A stretch of DNA of 64,000 nt from Octopus sinensis (lineage: Eukaryota), in assembly GCF_006345805.1 (NCBI RefSeq), contig NW_021824834.1, positions 1,648 through 65,647 of the forward strand. The letters run 5' to 3'. Shown piece after piece: positions 13,596 through 27,072 of this stretch. A model generated the notes under the pieces. It saw only the letters and a program-made list of their open reading frames with translations. It made no database searches and was not told where the DNA came from. Both the position numbers and the translations under genes were made by a program. How positions within the stretch are numbered: the first letter of the stretch is position 1; every line of letters starts with the position of its first letter.

Positions 13596-13925
13596 TAAAG
13601 ATCATAGATCCAGTGATCCAGTAGGATAAAACACAATAATTGATGCTGTTGAGGTTGGCTCTGATTAAGCAAACTTGTGACCACAGTCGGACAAGCTGTG
13701 GTCGTCATGCCCTTTTGTTCATTTAGGACAATGTTATTCGATGTGACTAACCTTTCTTCAAGGCGGCAGAATTTAATTTGAATGAACATTATTTTTTTCT
13801 AGTTGAGCGTACGACCACGTAAAAGTACCAACTGTGTGGAACATTTTAGAAGCAGGATGTCATAGACGGAACATCTTGAGGACTTTATTGAGCTGATACT
13901 GGTGAGTGTTAGATATAATGGTTAA

Positions 13926-14093
13926 GGCAGGCGCAGGTGTGGCTGTGTGGTAAAAAGCTTACTTCCCAGCCACATGGTTCCGGGTTCAGTCTCACTGTGT
14001 GGCACCTTCTGCAAATGTCCTCTACTATAGCCTCGGGCCGACAAAAGCCTTGTGAGTAGATTTGGTATTCGGAAACTGAAAAAAGCCCGTCTC

Positions 14094-14172
<79 letters not shown>

Positions 14173-14625
14173 ACACACACACATACACACACATATAGGG
14201 AGAATTCACAAAAAAAGACGAAGACTGGTTGTGTAGACAACAAACAGATGTATTAGTTTAACGCTCGGGGAGTGAAAAAGTCTTTAACATTTCGAGCCTA
14301 CGCTCTTCAACAGAAATGAACACAGAAAGAAACAAGGAGAGAAAATAAAGAAAGTGTAGTGGTTAGCGATCTATCAAGGCGAATACATATAATATGTGTG
14401 TGTGTGTATGTGTGTGTATTTATGTGGGGGGTTTTCTGTGTTTGCACCCCATTACCGTTTGACAACTGCTGTTGATGTGTTGGCGTCCCCGTAACTTAGC
14501 GGTTCGGCAAAAGATATAGATAGAATAAGTACCAGGCTTAAAAATTAAGTACTGGTGTAGATTCATTCGACTAAAAAATTCAAAGCAGTGCCCCAGCATG
14601 GTCGCAGTTTCATAACTGAAACAAC
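13926..14625 (+). mobile_element. Family A SINE with a hammerhead-bearing module inserted in its central microsatellite
   Basis: 5' half at 13926-14095 and 3' half at 14440-14625. The intervening 14194-14380 is an inverted copy of the 43680 module. Confidence 0.75.
14281..14318 (-). ncRNA. Hammerhead-like motif, CUGUYGA family, degenerate copy
   Basis: cauuu-CUGUUGA-A-GAGC(guag)GCUC-GAAAU-GUU-aaaga. Homologous to 43737 and 45837. Confidence 0.45.
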
Positions 14626-14865
14626 GAAAAGGTACAATGATGTTAATGTTGATGGTGATGATGACAGCGAGGATCGGTTTCGTTGGTTTTATTTATCCCT
14701 AAGTCTACCTTGATTGAGCATGCCTATGACCAAAGCATTCCAGTCGTGACCATCCCGTCTTTGTAGGGGCTTTCCAGCATTACATTGTCCTAATTTATTT
14801 TTTATTTGTCACGGTAGGGTAAGATCTAGCAGATCGGGTGAGAACAGAGACTCCATCTTTGACTC

Positions 14866-14885
14866 GTTAGTAGTAGTAGTAGTGA

Positions 14886-14952
<67 letters not shown>

Positions 14953-15045
14953 AGTGGTGATGGTGGTGGTGGTGGTGGTAGTAGTAGTGGTGGTGGTGGT
15001 GGTGGTGGTGGTGGCGGTGGTGGCGGTGGCGGTAGTGACGACAGT
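14866..15045. repeat. (GTA)n/(GTG)n trinucleotide repeat
   Basis: Direct reading. It gives the poly-Val ORF. Confidence 0.95.
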
Positions 15046-15286
15046 CTTATTTCTGATTTCGGGTGGTGATAAATGGTGACTTGACTACGATGACGTTTGA
15101 TGTGGTTTTGCTGTGGAATAGTGGGGGATAAATTGACGGATAGTGTTGCTGTGGGTATGCGGGTAGGCAGGAAGCGGTCAGAAGGGTAAGCAGAAGGCGG
15201 GCAGATGGGTAAGCGAGAAGACAGCTAGTTTCAGATAAGAGATATGTAACGTAATTCGCTGAAGCGTGTAATTTAACTCCACATAT

Positions 15287-15325
<39 letters not shown>

Positions 15326-15401
15326 ATGTATGTATGTATATATATATATATATGTATATATATATGTATATATAATATATATGTATATATATTATAGTAT
15401 G

Positions 15402-15455
<54 letters not shown>

Positions 15456-15969
15456 GTGTGTGTGTGTGTGTGTTGTGTGTATGTGTTGTGTGTGCATGTG
15501 GGGTGTGTGTGTTTATATATATGTGTGTATAATATATCTAGAAATATGTATATATATATATATATATATAATATATATATACATTAATAGATAATATACA
15601 TACATACACACCTGCACACACACATACACACACAAACATATATATATATACGCACATGTGTATACATTTAAATTTATATTTATAAATGCATGTGTACGTA
15701 TACCAATGTGAATATATGTATATGTGTATACGTATGCGTGTGATTTATATATCATATGGATATATATATATGTATATATCGTATATCACTTCTTCTTTAC
15801 CGGCTAATGATGTGTCGTTAGTGAAAGGAAATGGGGTGGCAATGTGGCACTGAGGTTGGTAAAGGCAGCAGTAGTTGCGGTGGTACCGTTGCTGGTGGTG
15901 CAAGTACGGGTACGGATTCTGGTATTGGTGTCGTAGTGGAGACAGGACTGCCGGTCGCGGTAACGAGCT

Positions 15970-15970
15970 T

Positions 15971-16028
<58 letters not shown>

Positions 16029-16114
16029 CAGCAGTAGTAGTAATGGTGGTAGTATTAGTAGTAGTAGTAGTAGTAGTAGCAGCGGCAGTAGTAGCACCAG
16101 CAGTAGTAGTGGTT

Positions 16115-16166
<52 letters not shown>

Positions 16167-16170
16167 CACC
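15970..16170. repeat. (GTA)n trinucleotide repeat
   Basis: Direct reading. It gives the poly-Thr, poly-Leu and poly-Val ORFs. Confidence 0.95.
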
Positions 16171-16894
16171 AGCAGAAACAGCAACCATTGTTATTGATAA
16201 CAATACACGAGCTAAGCCTGTAGAGTCTATTCTAATAAAGGCACAAGGCCAGCAACTTTTGAGGAAAATGAGTCAGTCGATTTATAGTGAGACTAATATT
16301 CCAATGGCATTTCATTTTATTGCACCCGAGAGAATGAAAATATAACTTGACCGTGGTGAGATTTGAACTCAGAACGTAAAGAGCCAGAAAGTAATAGTAA
16401 TACCACAGGGGAAGAAAGAAATGTCGGTGAGCGTAAAAGCGTAACTACCATAGACTCAGATTAACAGTGCCAAATTTCAAAAAAGCTCAAGCACAATCGT
16501 TGGTCGACAGTATTTCTGGGAGTTTGTTGGCAAGTGTCTTCTGCTATGGCCCTGGACCGACCAAAGTCTTATGAAAGGGTTTTGGTGGGCAGAAGTTGAA
16601 AGAATTATACATCTTGTGTAATTGCTTTATCTATGATCACTTAATTCTTTGATAGAGTTCCGAAGGCGTGATTGTGACATTCGACGTTTCTTGGGTATTT
16701 TTAGATCTAGCAGAGATCATTCTTTTCCAGGTCTGACTTCAACCAAAAAGGGAGACAGACAAATAAACATATAAACGTGAAAAATCGACTTGGGTACCGG
16801 ACTGGTATTTTATTTATTGACCGGGAAAGGATTTAAAGCTGAAGTTTATCTTGGCGATAATTGAACTTAGAGCGCAGAGAATCTATGCTTATTA

Positions 16895-17080
16895 CAAGCA
16901 TACATACAGCAATGTGGATAAGAGACTCGCTTTCCAACGACGTGGTTTAGAATTCAATCCCGCGGCTAAGTGTCTTCTACCAAAGCCCCGAATTGTAAGT
17001 GAATTTGGTTGATGGAAATTGCACGGAAGACGATCCTATGTATATCTTAGTGCGTATGGGAGAGAGAAAGAATGTATGAA

Positions 17081-17141
<61 letters not shown>

Positions 17142-17345
17142 AAAAGAGAGCTGTGTGTGTGTACGTGTCTGGCAACCGGTGCTAATCTGTTTACGTCCCC
17201 GCAGTTTATCGATTCGACAAAATGAGCCCCGACAGAATAAGTACCAAGCATGAAACATCCACTGGAGTTTACTTGATTAACTGAACCCTTCACAAGGTGG
17301 TGCCAAATCGTAACCGCAGTCCAATGATTGAAACAAGTAAAATGA
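16895..17345 (+). mobile_element. Diverged family A SINE
   Basis: Degenerate head, (TG)n middle and recognisable gtttacgtcccc..gaataagtacc..tgattgaaacaagtaaaa tail. Confidence 0.6.
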
Positions 17346-17655
17346 TTTAAAAAATTAAAAGAATAATACTACGAGGGTGTGGGTTAAGTTTTATTTGCTG
17401 TGTGGTCGGTGAAAGTTAGTGTATCTTACACGCCAGATATAAGCTTAGATATGATGATGAATTATCTATTAAAATGTGATACATCATAGACACACACACA
17501 CACACACACACAGATGGGAGCATTGAGCTATGTATGGTGAGATATTATCGTAGACTTGAAGATTCACTGAAGATTCATTATCTCAGGGCGACATGAAAAA
17601 TCGTCATATTCAGAATATATAAATATTAATTTGTTTCAATAGCTGTATGTGAGTG

Positions 17656-17711
<56 letters not shown>

Positions 17712-17851
17712 TGTGTGTGTGTATACACATACATGTACGTATTTATGCATGCATGAATGTGTGTACATAAGTACGCACATAAATAACACACTGACACACA
17801 CATACACAAACACACACACACACAACACACACACACACACCACACACACAC

Positions 17852-17914
<63 letters not shown>

Positions 17915-17937
17915 TAATGTATGTATGTATGTATATA

Positions 17938-18180
17938 TGGTCGGGTCGTCGGCGACTAAACCGGCAACCCCACCAAGCCTGCTTGGTGAGGAGGATGTTT
18001 ATTGGACACCCTGCGGGATGAAAAACAAAACCTATCAAAGGGCGGAGGAACTCTTGAGAGTCAACGGCCATCAAATAAATGTCTTAAGGGTGTATCATGC
18101 GCGGGGACATAGAAATAATCGGGCTGATTACCCGATCGCGCGGTTAAACCATTGGAAGTGAAGGACTCCTAGCCTTTGTT
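17938..18180 (+). mobile_element. GC-richer repeat resembling the 5' UTR of an RTE-type element
   Basis: gcgactaaaccggcaacccc and a CACCAAGC/GCTTGGTG hairpin. The family assignment is from memory and unverified. Confidence 0.3.
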
Positions 18181-18733
18181 AGGGCATATATATAGATATA
18201 TATATTTACTTATTTGTCTATTTATAAGCCATAATATATGGATGGATTCAACTAATACGGTTATACTCATTAAAATACTCCTTAATGTATCATTCTACAA
18301 AACAGAGAATATATAGTAATATACAAGAGAAAAGGATAATGAGCGTATAAAGTCATAAATGACTAAGAAATAGTTTGATGAACTTTTATTTAACAATAAG
18401 ACAAATCCTATAATCACGACAAATTGTTTCGTAACTCAAAATTATGATGAAAATAATGTATATTATCATATTTGATAATAAATGAAATACTTACATGTCT
18501 GTATTAATGCAAAAAAAAAATCCGTTCAAAATAATTCAAAATAATGCAGTACGTCGTCAGGTGAAAGAAAGTCTTTGTTAAATATATCAGACACAAGAAC
18601 CATTCGTGTATACAGTGATACTCCAAGTATTAAGTCTATTGTTTTTGAGACTCAATCTGATGAAATGCACAAGGCTACTATAAAAATATATGTAATACAC
18701 ACTATAAACAAAATTTACTGCGCTAGTCACCAA

Positions 18734-18838
18734 GAGAGAAACTCTCATATTGGCTTTTTGGTACAAAATGACCCCTTGTTTATATCATACAAGAGTTTAT
18801 AGCATTTTGCACCAAAAGCCAATATGAGAGTTTCTCTC
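18734..18838. repeat. 36-37 bp inverted repeat with 32-bp spacer
   Basis: 18734-18770 versus 18803-18838, one indel and one mismatch. Confidence 0.85.
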
Positions 18839-19218
18839 ATAACTACCGCAGTATAGTTTGTTCTAACAGAACATCCATGCTTAAACGAGGATAAATATTT
18901 CCTCTCGTTAATGTTTATGTTCAATAAATATATTTCACATGTTGTATTGAAACAACTGTAGCTACAGCTGTTTCAATAAAATGCAATAAATCCAGTGCTG
19001 TTTCAGTATATCCATACTCAGCGACTAATATAGTCGACCTGGAATTTCAACTTGTGTGGATAGTTATCTTCATAAAGATAACCCCTCTACATATACAAAT
19101 TTGATAGGGGTTATTCGCAGAGGTGCTTCCTCGGAACACAGCTTGGATTTGAATCCCTTTATAAACTCTCTCCCACTCTCTCTCTCTTTCCCTCGCTCTT
19201 GCTCTCCCTCTCTCTCTC

Positions 19219-19288
<70 letters not shown>

Positions 19289-19308
19289 AGAGAGAGAGAG
19301 AGAGAGAG

Positions 19309-19370
<62 letters not shown>

Positions 19371-19414
19371 TAGATAGATAGATAGATATTAATGTGTGTG
19401 TGTGTGTGTATATA

Positions 19415-19520
19415 TACGAGGTGCTATTGAAGATTTCCTGGCTTTAAGGGTATCACGACAGGCCAGGCTGGAGGCCCAACCTTCCAAGTTCTTTTACAGG
19501 GCTTAGAAAAACTGGATCTT
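19415..19520 (+). mobile_element. Tc1/mariner-derived terminal fragment
   Basis: TA-cgaggtgctattgaagatttcctggc resembles a mariner TIR start after a TA dinucleotide. Confidence 0.4.
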
Positions 19521-20542
19521 TTCTGTTTGGTTGCCAGCGGCTCCAAACATTAAAGTTTACCGAAAATTTTCTAATTTGACACAATAATACACTTGCCCAA
19601 ACTGAATTGCTGGAGCTATTTCATTTTTTCCAGAAAAATGTTTTTAAAATGTTATAGAGGTTTAAAGTTTGATCATTTTCACCCAGTCAGGAAACAGGAT
19701 TTAGAAGTAGTCATTTTGTGCGTGACTGCACATTTTGTCATCAACATCCTGAAAATATCACGTGTTGTCAATGTTTGTAAACATCACGTGTTATGTCTCC
19801 AGTAATTTTCTTTCATGTAAATAAATGTTTATGTTAATTTAAAAGAGAAAAACAGTTTTAAATCTTTGAGCGAAATGTTGGCAAATAAACTCTAATTTAA
19901 AAGATTTATCGAAACAATATTATCTAGCTGTTATTTTTAGCACACCTCACAACCACTTCAATGCTCAATGTCAAAAAGAATCGAGTAAACAAGACCGCTG
20001 TCAGCACATGCTTCCTCGCAGACTTTTGAAAAACTGTTACTATGACAACAGGCAAAAGAGTCCTCGTGTTTCAGCTTGTTACTATCAAAACAGACATGAA
20101 TGTGTCTGTGATTTACGATTGGCTAAAATTACAAAGATTTTCCAAATTTAATTACTAATAACTTTTTATTGATTGATTTATAGCAAAAATTACTTGCACG
20201 TCATTAATTATCCTATAAAGGTGTATCATTACACTGAATATGAAATCAATTCGAACAGAAAATTGACACTGGCAGCCGCTGGCAACCAAACAGAAAAGAT
20301 CCGAAAAACTGAAGGACGCTGCAATAAGTGTATGGATCTGAGTGGGGAATATGTTGAATAAAATCATAGTTAATTGAACCTCCTGTATTTTCTTTTACTC
20401 AAAGCCAGGAACTTTTCAGCACAACCTCGTATGTATGTATGTATGTATGTATGTATGTATGTATGTATGCATGTATGTATGTATACGCAACAGGATTCTG
20501 CACTGTCCCTCTACCGAATTCACTTACATGTACATAAACATA

Positions 20543-20642
<100 letters not shown>

Positions 20643-20850
20643 TGTGTGGTAAGGCTCTCGACCAGCTAAGAAAAGCACTCGATCAGCTAAGTGAGTAAAG
20701 ATAGTATTATAATAAAAACTACAATTCTTGTTAAATAGAACGACCCAGATTTTCTTGGTCGAAATAATAATTTATTTCGCCATTTTTAGAAGCTGAGAAC
20801 AAGACTGTTTGAAAGTTGTCTTTTGAATAGATGACGTTTATACAAGAGAC

Positions 20851-21155
20851 GTGAAGGCACATGGCCTAGTGGTTAGAGCAGCGGACTCGCGGTCAAGGAT
20901 TGCGGGTTCGAATCTTAGATCGAGTGATGTGTGTGTTTAAGAGCGAAATGTCTAAGCTCCACGCGACTCCGGTAGAAGGTATTGGCGAAACTTTTGCTGA
21001 CTCTTTCACCACAACGTTCTCTCACTCTTTCCTCCTGCATCTTGCAGTTCACCTGCGACAGACCGGCATCCCTTCCAGGTGGGGAACCTATATGCCAAGG
21101 AAACCCGGAAACCGGCCCTATAAGCCAGGCGTGGCTCGAGAAAGAACAAACAACA
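20851..21155 (+). mobile_element. SINE with family C-type body and tail type 2
   Basis: 11-bp TSD atacaagagac at 20840-20850 and 21156-21166. Tail ..ggcgtggctcgagaaagaacaaacaacaa. Confidence 0.85.
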
Positions 21156-22439
21156 ATACAAGAGACACTGGTAAGGAAGAAGACAAACAAGAACGAAAAC
21201 ACAAAGGAGATAATCAATTCGATGCCAAGCCGACGTCAACAAGGCGTTAATGGTTTACTAAGTGTCCTGTGGTCTACTTTTAAATTCCGGCAATATTTCC
21301 TGAAATGTGGACATACAAAAAAAAAATCTTCTCCCTGGAAATTATGTATTCGTTGGGGATTCTAATTCTTTAAGAGATATAGTTTTTCAAAGGAACATAC
21401 TGAACTTTTTTGGACCCGTTAATGTAGAGTCTGGTTTTGGAGAAGATTTTCTATATGATGACGAAATTTCTCTTTAAGTTTTCAAATTAAAGCCGAAAAG
21501 GTCGTTGAATGTCTCTTATCACGTGACCAACAAACATCCTTCGAATTTTAGGCACATGCTACTAAACATTTAGTTACTACATTAACGATGATAACTATAT
21601 TAATGATAATAAATTACATTTGAATTTTAGTACCACTTGCTATTTATTTTGAAATTGTTCTTCAGCTGGAATCCGGAATTCTTTCAGAGACACATAGGCA
21701 CGAGGCGCAACCAGTAGTTTGGCTGTGTCCGCCAGCATCTCCAGCCACTTTCTCTGTTCCTCGAAGAAGTCAACTTCTCCAAAAGCTATCAGAATTCTGA
21801 AGATTCTCTATTCGGATATCTGCAAATAAACCAAACGTAGTCTTTGGGATTTTCTTTATAAAATTCAAAAGAAATTGCAATTATGATGAATAGGATGTTA
21901 TCCTCCTTGGTGTAGGACTCCTCTATATTCCATAATTAAACATAATGCAGCCGTATACATAATGGTTAATTGTTATGACATTGCATTCTACCAGACTCCT
22001 AAAGAAAAATCCTCTATGCATTGATCAGACAGTATTCTGATAACAATGCCACAGAACGTGATATTTAATGCAAAAATGACTATATGAAGATAATGCAAAT
22101 AAACAGAAAATTGATTATCCCGTCACCTCCGGTAAAATTATTGCCAGATTTCTGAAGAATTAGCTATGCACAAGTCGCTTCTGTCACATTTGATTCATTT
22201 TTGATTCGTGCATTTCCAAATCAGTGAAATGCTGCTTCTGCGACACATATATAACGACACATAAACCTGATCCATCAAAATCCCGACCTGTGCCATAACT
22301 CAATACAATTAACAAATTTTTTAAAACCATTTGCCTATAAGTATCTACAAGCATATCAGCAAAAAGAAGAAAAATTATCTCTAATTCGGCAATTCAGCTT
22401 CAATTTACTTCTGATTCGCATTCCAGTTTCTGACCTCAC

Positions 22440-22868
22440 TGTCTTTTCACATACTCTTTTACTCTTTTACTTGTTTCAGTCATTTGACTGCGGTCATGCT
22501 GGAGCACCGCCTTTAGTCGAGCAAATCGACCCCGTGACTTATTCTTTGTAAGCCCAGTACTTATTCTATCGGTCTCTTTTTGCCGAACCGCTAAGTGACG
22601 GGGACGTAAACACACCAGCATCGGTTGTCAAGCAATGCTAGAAGGACAAACACAGACACACAATCACACACACACATACACACATATATATATATACATA
22701 TATACGACGGGCTTCTTTCAGTTTCCGTCTAGCAAATCCACTCACAAGGCATTGGTCGGCCTGGGGCTATAGCAGAAGACACTTGCCTAAGATGCCACGC
22801 AGTGGGACTGAACCCGGAACCATGTGGCTGGTTAGCAAGCTACTTACCACACAGCCACTCCTGCGCCT
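22440..22868 (-). mobile_element. Family A SINE, full length
   Basis: Same head, CORE-like block and tail as 5695-6147. Confidence 0.88.
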
Positions 22869-23115
22869 ACATGGGACTATTAAGTGAATGAAGTCCTGAA
22901 GAGCAGATGGAAAAGCTACCTCAGCAACAGATCCACCAAGGTCATTCTTTTTGCTCATGTTGATCCGTCACACATCAATGCCTCAGACCAACTACTTTTC
23001 ATACTTAGTTCAGTTTTGCTCTTAATCTTCATATATGTCCTGGCCTACTAAAAACGTTGTGCTGCGTAACCCAGCTGTTGCTATATTTTGTTAGAGTACA
23101 TTACTTTGTTGTAGT

Positions 23116-23500
23116 GGAGGCGCAATGGCCCAGTGGTTAGGGCAGCGGACTCGCGGTCATAGGATCGCGGTTTCGATTCTCAGACCGGGCGTTGTGAGTG
23201 TTTATTGAGCGAAAACACCTAAAGCTCCACGAGGCTCCGCAGGGGATGGTGGTGATCCCTGCTATACTCTTTCACCACAACTTTCTCTCACTCTTACTTC
23301 CTGTTTCTGTTGTACCTGTATTTCAAAGGGCCGGCCTTGTCACTCTCTGTGTCACGCTGAATATCCCCGAGAACTACGTTAAGGGTACACGTGTCTGTGG
23401 AGTGCTCAGCCACTTACACGTTAATTTCACGAGCAGGCTATTCCGTTGATTCGGATCAACCGGAACCCTCGTCGTCGTAACCGACGGAGTGCTTCCAACA
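23116..23500 (+). mobile_element. Family C SINE, tail type 1, full length
   Basis: Near-identical to 13211-13595. Confidence 0.88.
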
Positions 23501-24334
23501 GTGCTTTGTGGCAACGAATTTTAAAAATTATGAAGGATTTAATAAAATAACTTTGTCACTATTATGGTGGTGTTTTGAGCATAAATGTGAAAATTTAACC
23601 CTTTAGCATTCAGATTACTCTCTCAAATAAAATGCTTATTTATTCACATTGTTTTGAGCCAATTATGTTTTATTTCTTAGCTTCAAGATTTTATGGTGTG
23701 ATTGTTTGTTTTTAGAATGACAATATAGAGTAGGTGTGAAAGGCTGGATCTAGCCAGTTTTAACTTAAAACAAGTGTATATGGTCCTGGTATGACCGGTT
23801 TAAATGCTAAAGAGTTGATGAAAGTTTTTTTTATTTAGATCATTTTAACACAGGGAGTTTTTATTAAAGAACCAGTGGCGGTCCAGTGGTGGTACCAAAA
23901 GAGTTAAATCAAGATGTAGCAGTAAATGACTTAAACAGAGGACTTGTGAGGGTGAAATCCTTGCAAGTGTGTAGAATGTAAGATTTCAGTAACAAAAGTC
24001 TAAAGCAGACATAGACGACCTTTCATGTGAAGCAAACCGCATGAAACTTGGCTCTTCATCAAGCGGGTTGCATTACTCAAAACAAAATTCAAGTTGATTT
24101 TTCATTCAGAAATCCGACGGACCGCAATTTGTCCATGACTAGTCTAAAGCAATGGCTTTCATCAAGGAAAAGAAGCCCTACAAACTTTACATTTCAGGTA
24201 ATAACACGTTAAACATCCACCCAGTAATTTCCCTCATGAGACTCAACTGAAGAGTTAATATTGTATATGGCGTATAGCCGCCGCCTTCGATATGTTTTAT
24301 GTTTTATATATATAAATGTACACATGTATATAAA

Positions 24335-24492
24335 AGCAACAGGATTCTTTCCGTTTCCTGTCTACCAAATCCACTTAAAAAACTATGGTTGGCCCGGGGT
24401 TATAGTAAAACACACTTGCTCAAGGTGGCACACAGTGGGACTGAACCCAGAACCATGTGATTAGGAAGAAAACTTCTTACCACACAGCCATA
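24335..24492 (-). mobile_element. Family A SINE, 5' half, diverged
   Basis: ttcttaccacacagcc and gtgggactgaaccc motifs. Confidence 0.65.
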
Positions 24493-24828
24493 TTGATCCC
24501 CAAAAGATAAAAGGTGAAGTCAGTCAATGTTAGAATTGCATTAGAATATAAAGAAGCAAAAATCATATGATATTAACGGAAGCCTGGGTATTTCTAAAGG
24601 AGAACAATTATTTAATTGACTTTACCCCAATAGGAATTGATAGAAATTCTGGCAGAGAAAAAGCAAGAGACCGTCAAAGTGGACTGACGACATCAAAGAA
24701 TGGACTGGAAATGACTCTTGGGATGCTGACTCTTGGACACAAGCAAATTAAAGGTAAATCAACTTCGGTATGGTTTCAATTTAGGACATAGTGAAAAAAA
24801 TGTTAGTCTTTTGCACAATATTGAGCAA

Positions 24829-24900
24829 AGCTCGTTGGTCTAGGGGTATGATACACGCTTTGGGTCCGAGAGGTCCCGGGTTCGAATACAGGACGAGCCA
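24829..24900 (+). pseudogene. tRNA-Pro(TGG) pseudogene
   Basis: 72 nt matching eukaryotic tRNA-Pro, with an A1-C mismatch in the acceptor stem, two mismatches in the anticodon stem (CACGC/CCGAG) and two in the T stem (CCGGG/ACAGG). Confidence 0.85.
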
Positions 24901-25617
24901 GTTTGATAAACATTTTCGGTGGTGCCCAATACAACCGCTGTCTAATTACTGAAGCAATTAAAGATAAATTATTAGATATAAATGAAACCGAAAAAGAAGA
25001 AAAAAAAACAAATAAACAACAAAGATATTTTTAGAATAACTTACTGTATCAGATCGTTGATTCTGTCGTTATTATTCGGAAGATAAGACAGGCCATCATT
25101 TACCATAGACATGCCAAGGAAATCCAGCATCACCGATAAGCATTTCATCACTATCCCTTCAGACTTCAGCTTTCTACGTTGCCTGGAGCACATTGGATAC
25201 AGAGTATGGATTATTAATGATTTGATGACATAGTGTAGGGTTCATTGGCAATATTTCTGTTGTAGTGAAAATGATACACTCCTTCCCACGTAACTAAGTG
25301 GTATGACTCAGTCACTATAAAGTCAGATAGTCAGTCGTTGTGGGGGTCAGTTGCAGTAGATTCATTGTACGAGTTCTCAGTTGGAGTCAGTGTCAGTTAC
25401 GTGATATATACGAGTTCGAGTTACTGTCAAGTAAACGTTACAAAGTCGTTTCAGCGTTGTTAGTGTACCTGGATATATACTACGAAACAGTTGTCAACAA
25501 AAGAAAAAATACTTCACTCATTTCTCTTATTTTGTTCTGTCTTGAGAGAGTTATAATGCTTTGGTATAACACACTTACCGGTTCAATTTCCACTCATTTA
25601 TTCATTTATTCCAAAAT

Positions 25618-25684
<67 letters not shown>

Positions 25685-26179
25685 AATCTCAGAAAAAAAA
25701 GCGAAAACAGAAAAATAGGAACGCAGCTTCAATAACAGACGTTCAGAATCAAAATCCATTGATACAGTTACAAATGCAGCGACGAAAAAGCTCTCTGGAA
25801 TAAATAAGTAAGTAATTAAATAAAAGAGTGGAAATTGAACCGGTGGGTGTGTTATATTAAGCACTATTAAGGTGCTATGACTCTCACCAGATACAACACA
25901 ATTCATTTCAACACACGAATTCACATAAGGAATCTGGCAAACCAGATACAAAAACTAAGTAGAATAATCTCTTATTTTGTTTAATTATATATTTAATTTA
26001 AAAGTGTTCCAATGACCTTGTCCTTGTCAATTAGTCAACCGGATCTTCATACTAAGGCTTTATAATCGCTCGTTATACATTGCTATCTTATAGCCGTTTC
26101 ATTATACAACGTTAATATATATTTCGTTCATTATGCAATACTAATTTTATAACTGTTCATTATACTAAAGTACATTATA

Positions 26180-27072
26180 GGCGTAGGAGTGGCTGTGTGG
26201 GAGGGGCTGTAGAGAACTATATAGAAAGTTCCTTTGATAGTCGGGACCTAATAGACTTGACTTGTTTTCCAGAGTGGCCTCAGCAGGTAGCAGCTCGGGT
26301 ACTGGAAGAAAGGAACCTCTATCACATAATGGACTCCCTCTCAAAGGAAGAGTATAGATCTTGTGTAAAGGACCCCAACTTGCGGTTGCTTGAATGCCTG
26401 CAGGAGGCAAAAAAGTTTATTAAAGATTCATTGATGTAATTTTTTTTAATTGTAATGGACATTTTTGCCCATAAAAGTGTAACAATATTGTAAGAGGTTT
26501 AATACCTCAGTTAGTATTTTTAAAAAACAATGTTTAGAGAAGCAAAAGTTGGCGGGCGTTTTTTGTCTTCTCCCATCCTTATCATCCTTGTATCATTATC
26601 ATTCACCTCATTAATGTCCTTGTCCAGCCCGCAAGCTACCTTACTCTATGTACTGCCTTTATGGCAAATTCTATAAAATAAAGTAGCTTGCTTACGAACC
26701 GCATGGTTCTGGGTTCAGTCCCACTGCGTGGCACATTGGGCAAGTATCCTCTACTATAGCCTCGGACCGACCAAAGCCTTGTGAGTGGATTCGGTAGACG
26801 GAACCGAAAGAAGCCCGTCGTATATATGTATATATATATATGTATGTGTGTGTATATGTTTGTGTGTCTGTGTTTGTCCCCTCAACATCGCTTGACAACC
26901 GATGCTGGTGTGTTTATGTCCCCATAACTTAGCGGTTCGGCAACAGAGGCCGATAGAATAAGAACTAGGCTTACAAAGAATAAGTCCTTGAGTCGATTTG
27001 CTCGACTAAAGACGGTGCTCCAGTATGGCAACAGTAAAATGACAGAAACAAGTAAAAGAGTAAAAGAAAGAG
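26180..27072 (+). mobile_element. Family A SINE split by a 480-bp insertion
   Basis: Head ends ggctgtgtgg at 26200 and resumes aagtagcttgc at 26681. Direct repeat tatactaaagta at 26161-26172 and 27073-27084 brackets the whole. Confidence 0.85.
26201..26680 (+). mobile_element. Unidentified 5'-truncated retroposed fragment (ORF end, 3' UTR, A-rich end)
   Basis: Frame open from the insertion edge to TAA at 26437-26439 (about 79 codons), then a non-coding tail ending ctataaaata. Confidence 0.55.

Noticed and set aside
17938-18010. HDV-like ribozyme in an RTE-type 5' UTR
   Set aside because: Hairpins are present but I could not build the nested double pseudoknot by hand. A descriptor search is needed.
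18946-19025. 34-bp palindrome containing GAAACAGCTGTA
   Set aside because: It matches the ACAGCTGT helix III but has no usable core or stem II upstream.
21640-21819. Exon-like 60-codon frame with one internal TAG that A-to-I editing could turn into Trp
   Set aside because: No recognisable homology and no partner exon, and surrounding frames are full of stops. Chance or ancient decay is more likely. Only RNA-seq showing splicing at 21819 and A-to-G at 21809 would revive it.
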